From a virus (Duplodnaviria; Caudoviricetes): a stretch of DNA of 41,581 nt. Shown piece after piece: positions 1 through 9,396 of the stretch; the first letter of the stretch is position 1; each line of letters begins with the position of its first letter. The position numbers were made by a program, and so were the translations under genes. The stretch covers positions 1 to 41,581 of IMG/VR virus record IMGVR_UViG_3300030397_000264. One strand, 5' to 3'. A model generated the notes under the pieces. The model searched no databases and was not told the origin of the DNA. It saw only the letters and a program-made list of their open reading frames with translations.

Positions 1-191
1 CTGGGCAGATACCACTCGTGTGTTGCCTCGAGGCCCTGGTCGACCCGGTAAAAGCTCGACTGAGCATGCGTGTCGCATCCCTCGTGCCGGCATCGGATCA
101 TGAATGGGGTGACTCCCTCAACCAGGTCCACGGTAATTGTCCGGTGCCCGTGTTCGCACCGATAAACGTTTTTCTTGCCTTTGTAGCTCAT
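1..191 (-). CDS. 5' part of the small hypothetical ORF whose complete copy is at 41176-41469
   Basis: Duplicated sequence; ATG at 191 overlaps the stop of the 188-952 ORF. Confidence 0.6.
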   Translation of the reverse strand, partial: MSYKGKKNVYRCEHGHRTITVDLVEGVTPFMIRCRHEGCDTHAQSSFYRVDQGLEATHEWYLP

Positions 192-297
192 CGTAAAAAA
201 TCAGGGATTAGGTCCTCACGCTCTCGCGCGATCGCTTCGTTGTGCTGCGTCACGCTTGAGCCTAAAAATGGGGCATCCTCTTCGCGCACCCACTCCC
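1..297 (+). repeat. Terminal direct repeat, left copy (assembly overlap or terminal redundancy)
   Basis: 1-297 matches 41279-41575 except A66 versus G41344. Confidence 0.95.
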
Positions 298-952
298 GAT
301 CGGGGAAGTGACCATTTGCCAGCCAAATGCGAGCACGTAATGTCCGCATCGGCGACACCAGCTGCGGTGGCACCATTATCCGCTTCACCATTTCGCCATT
401 GCCTGCTTTGATCGGCACGGCATTCCCATATTGCACCAGGTCGAACCAGCTGATCCAGCCGGCCAGAAACGATTGGTCTGCAGTGAAGCCACTCAGAATA
501 TAGACATCCGATCGGAAGCCGTGCTGCCAGTAGAGAGGCCAGTCATAGTAGAGCTTGGCCTTCCAGTAGTCAAAGCGCCGGCAGTCACGCGCCTTCACGT
601 CGTACTTCACTCCCCAATTGTCGGTGTAATCGACGCCGTTGTCGCCACCCATCGAGAACTTCCGCGGGTCCCAATGCAGGCCCATGTAATCGTAGAAGTG
701 GCGCTCGAGGATGATCGCATAACGCATCAGCGTGCGATACGTGTCGTGATCGGCACGAAAGCTGGGAGGAGGAGGCCCCTTACGCTCCCATATCCCGGAC
801 TCGATCTGCTCGGCCTGGAGCCAGAAAGCAGGTTTGATGTCCCGGACAACGTATTCGTTAGTCCATTCTTCTCGTGTTGGATTTGCCATCGGATTGCGCT
901 TGAGTGATGGTTCATCTGTTAAAAGATACCCAAAATGCGCAGTTCCCGTCAA
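188..952 (-). CDS. Putative PD-(D/E)XK restriction-endonuclease-like protein (start could be ATG 889)
   Basis: GGDNGVDYTDNWGVKYDVKAR fits a D...D-x-K catalytic motif; coupled to both neighbouring ORFs. Confidence 0.55.
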   Translation of the reverse strand: MTGTAHFGYLLTDEPSLKRNPMANPTREEWTNEYVVRDIKPAFWLQAEQIESGIWERKGPPPPSFRADHDTYRTLMRYAIILERHFYDYMGLHWDPRKFSMGGDNGVDYTDNWGVKYDVKARDCRRFDYWKAKLYYDWPLYWQHGFRSDVYILSGFTADQSFLAGWISWFDLVQYGNAVPIKAGNGEMVKRIMVPPQLVSPMRTLRARIWLANGHFPDREWVREEDAPFLGSSVTQHNEAIAREREDLIPDFLR

Positions 953-1245
953 ACCTCGATGCGTTTAGCCATTGACTTTGGGATGCCCTCGATCTGTTCG
1001 AGGAAGAGATGTGGATCGTCCGTCAGCTCAAAGCGCCCGATTAGAGATGGTCGAAACCAGCTCCACTTCCAGGTTAACCAGGTCAGATCGATCTCGATCG
1101 TAAACCGATAATTGATAATGAGCGTGTCCTCCGGAAAGAGCACAACGTGCTTGTTGAGCCAGAGGTTTACGAGCTGCTCGGTCGGCTTTCTCACGATGCC
1201 ATACCGAATCCCATTTGATAAAATTCCATCGTCTGGATACGTCAT
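949..1245 (-). CDS. Hypothetical protein
   Basis: 98-aa ORF with 4-nt overlaps on both sides. Confidence 0.6.
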   Translation of the reverse strand: MTYPDDGILSNGIRYGIVRKPTEQLVNLWLNKHVVLFPEDTLIINYRFTIEIDLTWLTWKWSWFRPSLIGRFELTDDPHLFLEQIEGIPKSMAKRIEV

Positions 1246-2033
1246 AGGAGTGTTCGATAAATTGCTGGATTAAACTCAATGATGCGCTCGCAGCGGCACT
1301 TGCCTTTGGCGACGCACACCTCGCCTGGCATCGGTCCCTCGGTGGGGAGGTAGTACTCGATGCGGCCAGCCTCGTGGCACGGCACGCAGGTCCCACCATC
1401 ATCGATGGGGATATACCTGGCGACGTAGCCTGGCAGCCTGGCGAAACGCGCCTCGGCGAAGCGGTAGAACATCCCGATCGCAAAACCGCCATATTGCCGG
1501 CTCCGGTCAAAGATCGCTGCTTCGCTCATGGGCCTACCCACCAGCTTCCGGAATGCGATCTCGTCAGCAAAGCGCTCGAGGTAGCCATACTGAGCACGCA
1601 GCGCCTGGCGCACCTGGTCGGCCTCGGCCTCGAATAGCCGGCGTCCCAGGGCTGCCTCTCCCATGGCAAACGCGTTGTCCCGGATCACCGTCGCCATGTT
1701 CTGGTGCCAGAGGGCAATGTCTGGATCGGTACGTGCGAAAAAGCCTCCGAGCGGTTCCAGCTGCTCTTCGAAGATATCGATGACCACAAACCGGCGTTGC
1801 TGGCCTCGGACCCGTCGCAGGCGCTGGCGCACGTCGGCCACGAATGCGCCGGCACTAATAGCCAGGAAGGAGAGCAGCAGCAAACGGTTCTCCTCCTCGC
1901 GCGTCATGGGCAAGTCGGCCTCGTTCAGCGTCCCGGCATCAAACTGCGCCAGGATCTGTTGCGCCTCCGCGAGACTGATTTTGCCCTCAAACTCGAGAAG
2001 CGCCAGGCGATTTAGAAGCTCCTCCCTGGTCAT
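1242..2033 (-). CDS. Head morphogenesis / minor capsid protein (Mu gpF / SPP1 gp7-like)
   Basis: Directly after portal; C-terminal TCVPC...PMPGEVC...CRC cysteine motif typical of the family. Confidence 0.75.
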   Translation of the reverse strand: MTREELLNRLALLEFEGKISLAEAQQILAQFDAGTLNEADLPMTREEENRLLLLSFLAISAGAFVADVRQRLRRVRGQQRRFVVIDIFEEQLEPLGGFFARTDPDIALWHQNMATVIRDNAFAMGEAALGRRLFEAEADQVRQALRAQYGYLERFADEIAFRKLVGRPMSEAAIFDRSRQYGGFAIGMFYRFAEARFARLPGYVARYIPIDDGGTCVPCHEAGRIEYYLPTEGPMPGEVCVAKGKCRCERIIEFNPAIYRTLL

Positions 2034-3685
2034 CCATTACCACCGGCATCGATGGCAGCTTCCCTGGCCGGTATCGTACCTCGCTGGGCCTCTTCCTCGG
2101 CATTATTGATGAGTTCAACGCGCCTTGATTCCTCGACGCGCTGCGCATCGCCTGCTCGAGCGCCTGCCTCTTGTGCCTTAACTGCAGCTTCCAGCTCATC
2201 ATCATCGAACTCGACGCCCAGGAGTCGGAGGATCTTCTTGGCAGCATCGATGCGTCCCTTCTCACCGGCAGGCACTACCTCGTCCTTGCCAAATACCCGG
2301 TCGGTCAGCTCCCTGGCCCACTCTGCGGTATCGATAGGCTGGAAGTCGCGCGATCGCTTAACCGAGGTCCCCATCCAGGAGCCGGGATTGTTGGGGTGAT
2401 TCTTCTGCGTAAACATGAACCAGATCCAGTTTTCCATCTCCTCGAGCGACCTGGTTTCGGTCGACAGGAAGGATCGCCGGCCACGGGTATCATTGGTGCT
2501 TACCTCTTCAGCCGTCTTATCGCGCGTTGACTGCTCAAACAGCTGGTGCATCTCGATGAAGAACGCCTCGGTCTCCGATCGGAAGGTGTCAAAGGCCATC
2601 TTCGCAATTTCGGGATCTGGACCCACGTTCTTCCAGTCGCCCTGGAGCATATTCCAGCCCTGCTCCCTGGCCTTCACGGTCTCCTTGAAGGCATCGTTGT
2701 CGACGTCACCCACCCAATATGGGAAGTTTGATTGCCGCAGGATATTGCGAGCATCCGAGAGCAGGTTGAACAAGTAGTTTGCACCTTCGGCCATATCCTC
2801 GCCTGGAAAGCCGTCCAGGTCGAGATCAAACATATTCAGCGGCACCACGCGCCGATCGGGTCGGTCTTCCATGCCGTTGTTCTTCTCTTCGGCGTCCTTT
2901 ACACTCCCATAATGCGGGAATTTCCAGACTCCCGATCCCTCCGGAATTCTGACGATATCGCGACGGACCTCTTTGTCATCACTGGTTTCGCGCACCTCAA
3001 AACGGGTCCAGCCCTCGACCGTGTAGTAGACGTATCGCTCGACAGGCTTTGCAAACTCCTCCTTGAGGCTCTTCCTTGGGTCGCCCGTTTCCCGGATCAA
3101 AACTTCGACCAGGCGATCGCCTTCAAATCGCCAGTTTACAACATCCTGAATGGGTGCAAAGACAACCTTGTCCGTCTCGACGAGGACCCACACCCGGTGG
3201 AGCCGGCTAAATCGTCCGGCCTGGCGACGTACCAGCGCTGGGAAGTTACTGCCACGGCCATCGGCATCTTTCCAGAAGGCGTGGAGCAGCGACTTCTCTT
3301 CCTCCGGAGGCCCTTTCCACACCTCGTCATAGGTGCGCACATCCTTGGCCTCAACGCCCTCTATTGCACCCGAAAACGAATCCACGATCGCAGCCATAAC
3401 CCTGGGGAATCGCGAAGTGAAAGCACGCTCGATGAATTGGTTGATCGATTCGGTTGAGATCCTGCGCCAGAGGATAGGATGATCCCGGTGCTGGGTTGCT
3501 GCCTTATCGTTAATCGAAAAGCTCTGTGTGCCTTTCTTCTCGAGGTCCTGGGCTTTTTTACGAGCGATTTTTAGCGCCTTGCCATCGTAATGCGCCTCGA
3601 TGAACGCCCAAGTATCAACGTTTTCCTCCCAATGGGGATGGCGAAAATCAACCCATTCGTTGTCTTCAACAATCGGAGTTTCCAT
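2030..3685 (-). CDS. Portal protein
   Basis: 551 aa directly downstream of TerL; HPHWEE...W...Y.G N-terminus and KTAEEV motif typical of SPP1/DUF4055-like portals. Confidence 0.85.
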   Translation of the reverse strand: METPIVEDNEWVDFRHPHWEENVDTWAFIEAHYDGKALKIARKKAQDLEKKGTQSFSINDKAATQHRDHPILWRRISTESINQFIERAFTSRFPRVMAAIVDSFSGAIEGVEAKDVRTYDEVWKGPPEEEKSLLHAFWKDADGRGSNFPALVRRQAGRFSRLHRVWVLVETDKVVFAPIQDVVNWRFEGDRLVEVLIRETGDPRKSLKEEFAKPVERYVYYTVEGWTRFEVRETSDDKEVRRDIVRIPEGSGVWKFPHYGSVKDAEEKNNGMEDRPDRRVVPLNMFDLDLDGFPGEDMAEGANYLFNLLSDARNILRQSNFPYWVGDVDNDAFKETVKAREQGWNMLQGDWKNVGPDPEIAKMAFDTFRSETEAFFIEMHQLFEQSTRDKTAEEVSTNDTRGRRSFLSTETRSLEEMENWIWFMFTQKNHPNNPGSWMGTSVKRSRDFQPIDTAEWARELTDRVFGKDEVVPAGEKGRIDAAKKILRLLGVEFDDDELEAAVKAQEAGARAGDAQRVEESRRVELINNAEEEAQRGTIPAREAAIDAGGNG

Positions 3686-3697
3686 ATTTGCTTTTGT

Positions 3698-4954
3698 TTA
3701 CATGTCCACGTGGACGCCGTAGATGGTGCGCCGATCGCCACCGAAGTGGGTGTAAATCCCATATCGATCGCGGTCGCAGGCGTGGTCGTGCTGTTTCACC
3801 GGCTCGTCCAGGCCCCGACGCTGCGCCTTCTCGTCCCACACGTAAGACTGATAGTTTCGGACGCTATGCACGCAGCTCGGATCAAAGGTGAGCTGCTGCG
3901 TCGCCAACAGTGAAGATACGAAACGGATTCCATCCAGAACCGCGTTGTCTGCCTCTAACATTCGGAAACCGCGCTCCTTGCCGGCGACAATAAAGCTGGC
4001 AGCGCTCGGGTCGACGTAGATAGGCATGCGGCCTGGGTAGCCCTCAACGAATTCCGCCAGGTCGTCGAGATAAGCCTGGTCCGTCTTCTGCTTTCCTGCT
4101 TCCTGGCTGTCGTACCAGTACTCCCTGACCACGTGGATGCGCTGCTTGTCGCCCTCCTTCCAGAGGCGCTTGATCGAAAACGTGCATGGGTTGCTTGTCC
4201 CATAGTCGACGTCAGCAATAAATGTCGGCTTCGTCGTCTTCGTTCGCGCGAGCAGCTTCTCATCGAGCTTCCAGACGTTATCGTCGGTCCACATGTCGTA
4301 GATCGCGCCGGCAGCCATCACCCACAGCCCCAGGATAAAGCGTTTATACCAGAGGCCCGTATACTCCTTCTTCAGCTCTTCGACGTAGCCAGGTGGGAGA
4401 TGCGGGTTGTCCTCGAGTAGAAACTGGAACTGCGCCAGGTTGAGTTCTTCTCTGTCGAGATAGTCCTGCTTCAGGTAGTGATATGGCCCGTCCGGGTTGG
4501 TCGTTCCGAAAAGCGTCGCACCAGGCAGCGACAGGCGCGAGAGCAGCATCTTGAAGAAGCTCTCCGGCGTCAGCGTCAGCTCATCGCCATAGGCCCCGAG
4601 GTACGTAGCACCACGAATCTTACTCTCGGCACGCTCATCGTTGGCACCCACGATGTGGATTTTGCGTCCCCAAATGAAGAGCTCTCCTTCGCCTCGGTTC
4701 AGGTGGAAGGCTCCTTTGGGCAGGAATTCTTTAAACGGATCGAGGATGTTGCGCTTGAGCGTGCGCTCGGTCTTACCCCACATGAGCAGATCGCCTGGGA
4801 TCTTATGGCGATTCACGTGCCCGATGAACTGCAGCCAGCGGAAGTTGGCCCCCACGGTCTTGCTCGAGCGAACAGCGCCGTGCCAGATATTCAGGCGCTT
4901 GGTCGAATTCTCGATCGAGTAGAGCTGTTTTCCCTGTGGTGCGAGCCAGCTCAT
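3698..4954 (-). CDS. terL: Terminase large subunit, PBSX family
   Basis: Walker A GAVRSSKT, Walker B AYGDE, TTNPDGPYH, nuclease motifs DVDYGTSNP, VDPSAASF and DHACD. Confidence 0.95.
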   Translation of the reverse strand: MSWLAPQGKQLYSIENSTKRLNIWHGAVRSSKTVGANFRWLQFIGHVNRHKIPGDLLMWGKTERTLKRNILDPFKEFLPKGAFHLNRGEGELFIWGRKIHIVGANDERAESKIRGATYLGAYGDELTLTPESFFKMLLSRLSLPGATLFGTTNPDGPYHYLKQDYLDREELNLAQFQFLLEDNPHLPPGYVEELKKEYTGLWYKRFILGLWVMAAGAIYDMWTDDNVWKLDEKLLARTKTTKPTFIADVDYGTSNPCTFSIKRLWKEGDKQRIHVVREYWYDSQEAGKQKTDQAYLDDLAEFVEGYPGRMPIYVDPSAASFIVAGKERGFRMLEADNAVLDGIRFVSSLLATQQLTFDPSCVHSVRNYQSYVWDEKAQRRGLDEPVKQHDHACDRDRYGIYTHFGGDRRTIYGVHVDM

Positions 4955-5340
4955 TTCTTACTCGCCTTGATGAGCTTATCGACCGAGTCCATATAGGCAT
5001 CCATGCCGGCTTCCGGATCGCCCTCCTTCAGTTTGAGCATCAGCTCGGCCAGCAGCACCTGCAGGTTATAGCCGCGGCTCACGCCCTGGGTCGATAGGTA
5101 GTACTTGATGGCCCACGCCTGGCCCTTCCGGATTGCGTCATAGAGCTTGCCCTCGGTCAGGTCCAGCATCTGCTCCTTTGCCTCATCGAAGGCAGTCTCG
5201 ACGGACTTGTAGTTTTTGCGATAGCGACGGACGGTTTTGGGATCGCATTTGAGGATCTTGGCTACGGCAGTGACCAGGCCACGGCCTGCAAACACTGCTT
5301 GCACCATCTCCTCAGCGGTATATTTGTCCGTTTTCGCCAT
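4951..5340 (-). CDS. terS: Terminase small subunit (HTH)
   Basis: Upstream of and overlapping terL; HTH VTAVAKILKCDPKTVRRY; AIKYYL motif. Confidence 0.75.
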   Translation of the reverse strand: MAKTDKYTAEEMVQAVFAGRGLVTAVAKILKCDPKTVRRYRKNYKSVETAFDEAKEQMLDLTEGKLYDAIRKGQAWAIKYYLSTQGVSRGYNLQVLLAELMLKLKEGDPEAGMDAYMDSVDKLIKASKK

Positions 5341-5361
5341 AAGTAGGGAATTAAGGGATTT

Positions 5362-6654
5362 TTACACATCAGGCTGCAGCTCCGGGACCAGACCCCAATC
5401 CGCCAGGCGCTCGAGGATTATTCCGATGTAATTGGGGGATATATCCATGCAAAATGAGCTGCGCAGCTGCTGCTCTGCAGCTACGATCGTGGTCCCACTG
5501 CCCACAAATGGGTCGTAGACATCGCCCTCGTGGTTCTCGATGGGCCTGAGCATGCACTCGAGTGGCTTTTGCGTGCCGTGGTAGGTCTTCGGGTCCTCAG
5601 CCTTCTTGCCCACCGGATTCATGCCGGTGATCTCCCACACCGTTGTCTGCTTCCGGCCACCACGCCAATTGGCCTTCTTTCCCTTCTTGACGGCATACCA
5701 GCACGGCTCGTGCTTCCAGTGGTACGCGCCTCGAGAGAGCACCAGCTGGTCCTTAACCCAAATGATCTGCGCCCGGATCAGGTAATTATTGTCCTCGAGA
5801 GAGCGCTGAACTGTCGAGGCATAGCTGCCGGCGTGCCATACGTAGGCCACCTCTGCCGGCGAGAGGTCCCAGGCCAGGCTCCAGTCGGCCTCGTCATCAC
5901 CACTCACATCGCCTCTCATCACCACCGGGACGTTTTGCAGGAGGCCTGTTTCCACGCCGTCGCGCCAGGTCGGATCATAGTTGACGCCATACGGTGGATC
6001 GGTCACCATGAGCGAAGGCGCCTCTCCATCCAGGAGGCGCTCCACGTGGTCGACGTTCTGGCAATCGCCACAGAATAGCCGATGCTGACGCCGGCCATCC
6101 CTCGAGGGAATCACCCAAAGCTGACCTGGCGCAGTTCCCCACTTGGCTGCCAGCTCCGCACCGCGGTCAATTTTTGCCGCCGGCGGCACTTCTGCGCCGA
6201 ATCCGCTCTCGAGAGTACGCATCAGCTCGTCGAGGTCACTGCCGTCAAAGCCCGTTCCCATCAGGGCCTCCTCATCGGTGCCCAGCTGCTGCAGCAGCTC
6301 AACGAGCAGCTCGTCATCATTGTGCGCCAGGTCGCTGGCCTGGTTGTGCCCGATCATCAGCCGGATCTCATGCTCGAGGTCGTCAGTCTCGACATAGGTC
6401 ACCGGCACCAGCGTCATGCCCAGGGCACGCGCTGCCTTGACTGTGTGGTTCCCAGCCAGTATGACGCCATCAGATTCCCTGGCGAGCACGCTGCCGGCAA
6501 ACCCGTTGCTCTTGATAATCATGCAGAGCGCACCCACGTCGCCCATTCTCGGGTTTTTCGGGTGCAGAGTTAGCTGGTCCGGGTCCACCAGGACCTGGTT
6601 GGGATCAGTATTTAGGAGACGAATTGATCCGCCATCCTTCGTCTCTATTTTCAT
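5362..6654 (-). CDS. ParB/Srx-N-domain DNA modification methylase (N6A/N4C, beta class)
   Basis: N-terminal HPKNPR...ILAGNHTVKAA ParB-like domain; VTDPPY, HGTQKP and DPFVGSGTT motifs. Confidence 0.9.
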   Translation of the reverse strand: MKIETKDGGSIRLLNTDPNQVLVDPDQLTLHPKNPRMGDVGALCMIIKSNGFAGSVLARESDGVILAGNHTVKAARALGMTLVPVTYVETDDLEHEIRLMIGHNQASDLAHNDDELLVELLQQLGTDEEALMGTGFDGSDLDELMRTLESGFGAEVPPAAKIDRGAELAAKWGTAPGQLWVIPSRDGRRQHRLFCGDCQNVDHVERLLDGEAPSLMVTDPPYGVNYDPTWRDGVETGLLQNVPVVMRGDVSGDDEADWSLAWDLSPAEVAYVWHAGSYASTVQRSLEDNNYLIRAQIIWVKDQLVLSRGAYHWKHEPCWYAVKKGKKANWRGGRKQTTVWEITGMNPVGKKAEDPKTYHGTQKPLECMLRPIENHEGDVYDPFVGSGTTIVAAEQQLRSSFCMDISPNYIGIILERLADWGLVPELQPDV

Positions 6655-6998
6655 GTTTCGCGATACTTCGCCACTGATTGCTCACGCCAGGAGCCTTGCA
6701 AAGTCCCCTCCGTGGCCTCAACCTCGATGTAATAGACACCGTGCTCGATCAGGTTCGCAGCTTCTGCCTTCTCGAGGACGCCTTGGTAGACACCCTTCGA
6801 TCCAGCTTTATACGTCATCGGCTGCGCTGCGAGGAACTCAGCACCGCTGGCCGTGACGATCCGGAAGGTGACGGTGGCCGCATTAGCATACTCGCTAATG
6901 TCATCGGCGCTCGTCTTCAGCCGGTTATCCTGGAAGCCCGAGAGCGTGATGTCATTGTCGTTGTTGATCAGCAGCACATCGATGCTGATTGCTGCCAT
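6651..6998 (-). CDS. Putative virion fibre adaptor (small beta-sandwich, BppU-N-like)
   Basis: 115 aa, beta-rich (ATVTFRIV...GVYQG...GVYYIEVEA); coupled to the fibre genes. Confidence 0.5.
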   Translation of the reverse strand: MAAISIDVLLINNDNDITLSGFQDNRLKTSADDISEYANAATVTFRIVTASGAEFLAAQPMTYKAGSKGVYQGVLEKAEAANLIEHGVYYIEVEATEGTLQGSWREQSVAKYRET

Positions 6999-7597
6999 TA
7001 GACATCCTGGGCTGAAGCCGTATAGGTGAGCTGCAGCGTGTCTCCGCTGTCAGCGTTCTTGTTGCCACCACTGAAGGAGCCGGCGCTGTAGAGCGTACCT
7101 GCGGTGCCACCCTTGACGTTGGATGAGACGAGGAAGGCCCCGTTAATCACCACCGTGGCGTTGATCGCGTACTGCGCGACAGAGGCAGAGTTATCGACGC
7201 TCGCGGAAGCAACTGTGCCGGCCGTAAATGCCTGGCGCGTGGTCTCGTCATAGTCATCGAGTTCCTGCCAGTCATTCGTGGTCGGGTGGTTCTTCGTGGT
7301 CGCGATCTTGGCCGCGGTATCGTCAGCTGCGACTTCAGTGAAGTTGACGTTATCGATGAGTCCAAGGAACCAGGACGTGATCTGCGTCCCACCAGCGAGC
7401 GTCGAACTGAGAGCGTGGTTTAGGCCCTCGGTCGGAACACGGTTTTTGATCTGATCGATCCACTTGATGTCGCCCCAGCGGTCCCGCAGGATAGCATCGT
7501 AGGTGCCACCAAAGCCGGCTCGTGCATCGAGGTCACTTCTTCGGATCATCGTGGCTGAGAACTTGCCTCCCAGCCCGGATTTTGCTTCTAGATTCAT
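6998..7597 (-). CDS. Putative virion fibre subunit
   Basis: EGLNHAL...SWFLGLI...TRQAFT...INGAFL...GTLYSAG...GDTLQLTYT pattern of widespread phage fibre proteins. Confidence 0.65.
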   Translation of the reverse strand: MNLEAKSGLGGKFSATMIRRSDLDARAGFGGTYDAILRDRWGDIKWIDQIKNRVPTEGLNHALSSTLAGGTQITSWFLGLIDNVNFTEVAADDTAAKIATTKNHPTTNDWQELDDYDETTRQAFTAGTVASASVDNSASVAQYAINATVVINGAFLVSSNVKGGTAGTLYSAGSFSGGNKNADSGDTLQLTYTASAQDV

Positions 7598-7608
7598 GAG
7601 TGTAGGGT

Positions 7609-9384
7609 TTAAGGATTGACTTCGGCGTCACCACTCGTACGCTCAGATGCCGATACCACCCCTCCTGATCTGGGGGTGACGGATACGGCACCGAGCGCTC
7701 GAGCAGTAACGATGATTGTGCCCAGGGCATAGCCGGACTCCGAGGGAAGTGCGACGACGTCCTCAAGTCCGATCGTCTCGCCCACGGATGCCCGAAGGAT
7801 CAGGTTAGCGGTAAACACGCCACCCAACCCAAGCGTCTCGGCTATCGAGGCCCCAAGCACCGCTGTGGCGCTCACAGTGTCACTCAAGCGCAAGGTCTCA
7901 CTGATTGCACCACCCAGCAGCAACTGCGCTGCCAGGGTATCGTTGAGTCCGATCTGTTCAGCGACGGACCCGGTCAGCAGCTCTATAATGGCTGCCGTGA
8001 AAGTTCCAGATAATCCGAGCGTCTCAGAGAGCTGCGCGACGGCAAGCAATGTCGCGGTGGCCACATCTGAGAGGCCAAGTTCCTCGGAGAGGCCGGCCTG
8101 TGCCAGCAGCTGCGCCACGGCAGCCTCCTGGAGGCCAAGTTGCTCCGTTACTCCTGCCTGAGCCTGCAAAATAGCTGTGACGGCATCCTGGAGGCCCAGC
8201 TGCTCGAGCACGCTGCCCGAAACGGAGCCAGGTCCCTGGACTACAGCTGTAATCAGGTCCTGGAGTCCGATTGTCTCCAGCGCCGACACGCGAGCGACCA
8301 GGTTGACAGCCCATTCGTCGCCGGCACCGAAGGCTTCCACGATCGATGCGACCAGCGTGGCCGTGGCCTCGTACTGGTCATTGAGTCCGAGCTCTTCTGC
8401 GAGCGCCGATGCGAGCTGCGCCTGGTTGCCCAGGGCATCAGCTGCCCCCAGGCCCTCGGATATGGACACGACAAGGATAGCTGTCCGATCTACCTGGTCC
8501 TGCAGGCCAAGAACCTCCCCGATCGCAGCGGTGATGAGCTTGCTGATCGATTGGGAGTCGTTGACGCCCAGCTGCTCGCTTACTGATACGACCAGCTGGG
8601 CTGTGCTCGAGGGAGCGTCCTCCAACCCGAGCTGCTCGCCGACTGCAGCGACGAGCGTCGCAATATTGCTCTGCGTGTCATCGAGGCCCAGCGCCTCGGT
8701 TACAGCGACGGGCCTAATGACGGTGGCCGACACGGAATCTCCCAGGCCGGCGGTCTCGGTCAGGTCAGCCTCGACGGTTGCGCCACCTGCATTCGCCCAC
8801 ACCGAGTTACCAGCTCCGCCTCGAGAGTCCGGATTCAGGTTTGACCAGGTGCGGGTGCCCGTTGCGCCATCTCCTACGGTCTGGCTCGCATACTCGAGCG
8901 TGAGGTTCTGCGGAGCATCCGATGCGACGCGTCCCTCATTAGTCATGCCCGTTGGATCATCCACGGTGGGCGATCCCTGCATCGAAACGTAGGAGAGCAG
9001 GAGCGAATCAGCCCCACTCGCATTGACCGAAGGCGCGACCAGGTCATCGCCGTTCGTGTTGTCGACGTCGACGTCAGATGCCGTGTGTGAGTCGACGCCC
9101 GTCAGCTGCGTCGCTGCCCAGGCAAAGTCGCGCGACTGATCCCATGAGATCGTCGGGTCTGATTCCCCGCCAGCCGGCGCAATCTTCGAGAAGATGGTCA
9201 GGCCGGCGACCGAGGACCCCGTATCGGTTGACTTCGTCCACCCTGTTCCGGTTATCGATGGGTCCCTGTTGGCACCGATGGCGATAGCGATCTCGATCCC
9301 ATCACCCTCACTGTGGGTTGGTAGCGTGATGACATCGGAGTTCCCGTTGCCATGGTCACTTGTCTTGTTGCCAACTGCAGCCAT
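7609..9384 (-). CDS. Putative virion protein: N-terminal beta-sandwich plus about 17 tandem 20-aa ExLGLxD repeats
   Basis: Repeats visible in the translation; N-terminal adhesin-like domain of about 200 aa. Confidence 0.7.
   Translation of the reverse strand: MAAVGNKTSDHGNGNSDVITLPTHSEGDGIEIAIAIGANRDPSITGTGWTKSTDTGSSVAGLTIFSKIAPAGGESDPTISWDQSRDFAWAATQLTGVDSHTASDVDVDNTNGDDLVAPSVNASGADSLLLSYVSMQGSPTVDDPTGMTNEGRVASDAPQNLTLEYASQTVGDGATGTRTWSNLNPDSRGGAGNSVWANAGGATVEADLTETAGLGDSVSATVIRPVAVTEALGLDDTQSNIATLVAAVGEQLGLEDAPSSTAQLVVSVSEQLGVNDSQSISKLITAAIGEVLGLQDQVDRTAILVVSISEGLGAADALGNQAQLASALAEELGLNDQYEATATLVASIVEAFGAGDEWAVNLVARVSALETIGLQDLITAVVQGPGSVSGSVLEQLGLQDAVTAILQAQAGVTEQLGLQEAAVAQLLAQAGLSEELGLSDVATATLLAVAQLSETLGLSGTFTAAIIELLTGSVAEQIGLNDTLAAQLLLGGAISETLRLSDTVSATAVLGASIAETLGLGGVFTANLILRASVGETIGLEDVVALPSESGYALGTIIVTARALGAVSVTPRSGGVVSASERTSGDAEVNP
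7753..8763 (-). repeat. Coding tandem repeat, about 17 units of 20 aa, diverged at DNA level
   Basis: VTEALGLDD, VGEQLGLED, VSEQLGVND ... VGETIGLED, mostly at 20-residue spacing. Confidence 0.85.
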
Positions 9385-9396
9385 CGATCGGCCAGG

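Noticed and set aside
5362-6654. ParB domain as the cognate binder of the parS sites
   Set aside because: It is the ParB/Srx N-terminal domain commonly fused to phage methylases and lacks the HTH that recognises parS; no ParA is present
7753-8763. CRISPR array or DGR template
   Set aside because: The repeats are protein-level and degenerate in DNA, with no spacers; no reverse transcriptase or cas gene in the genome
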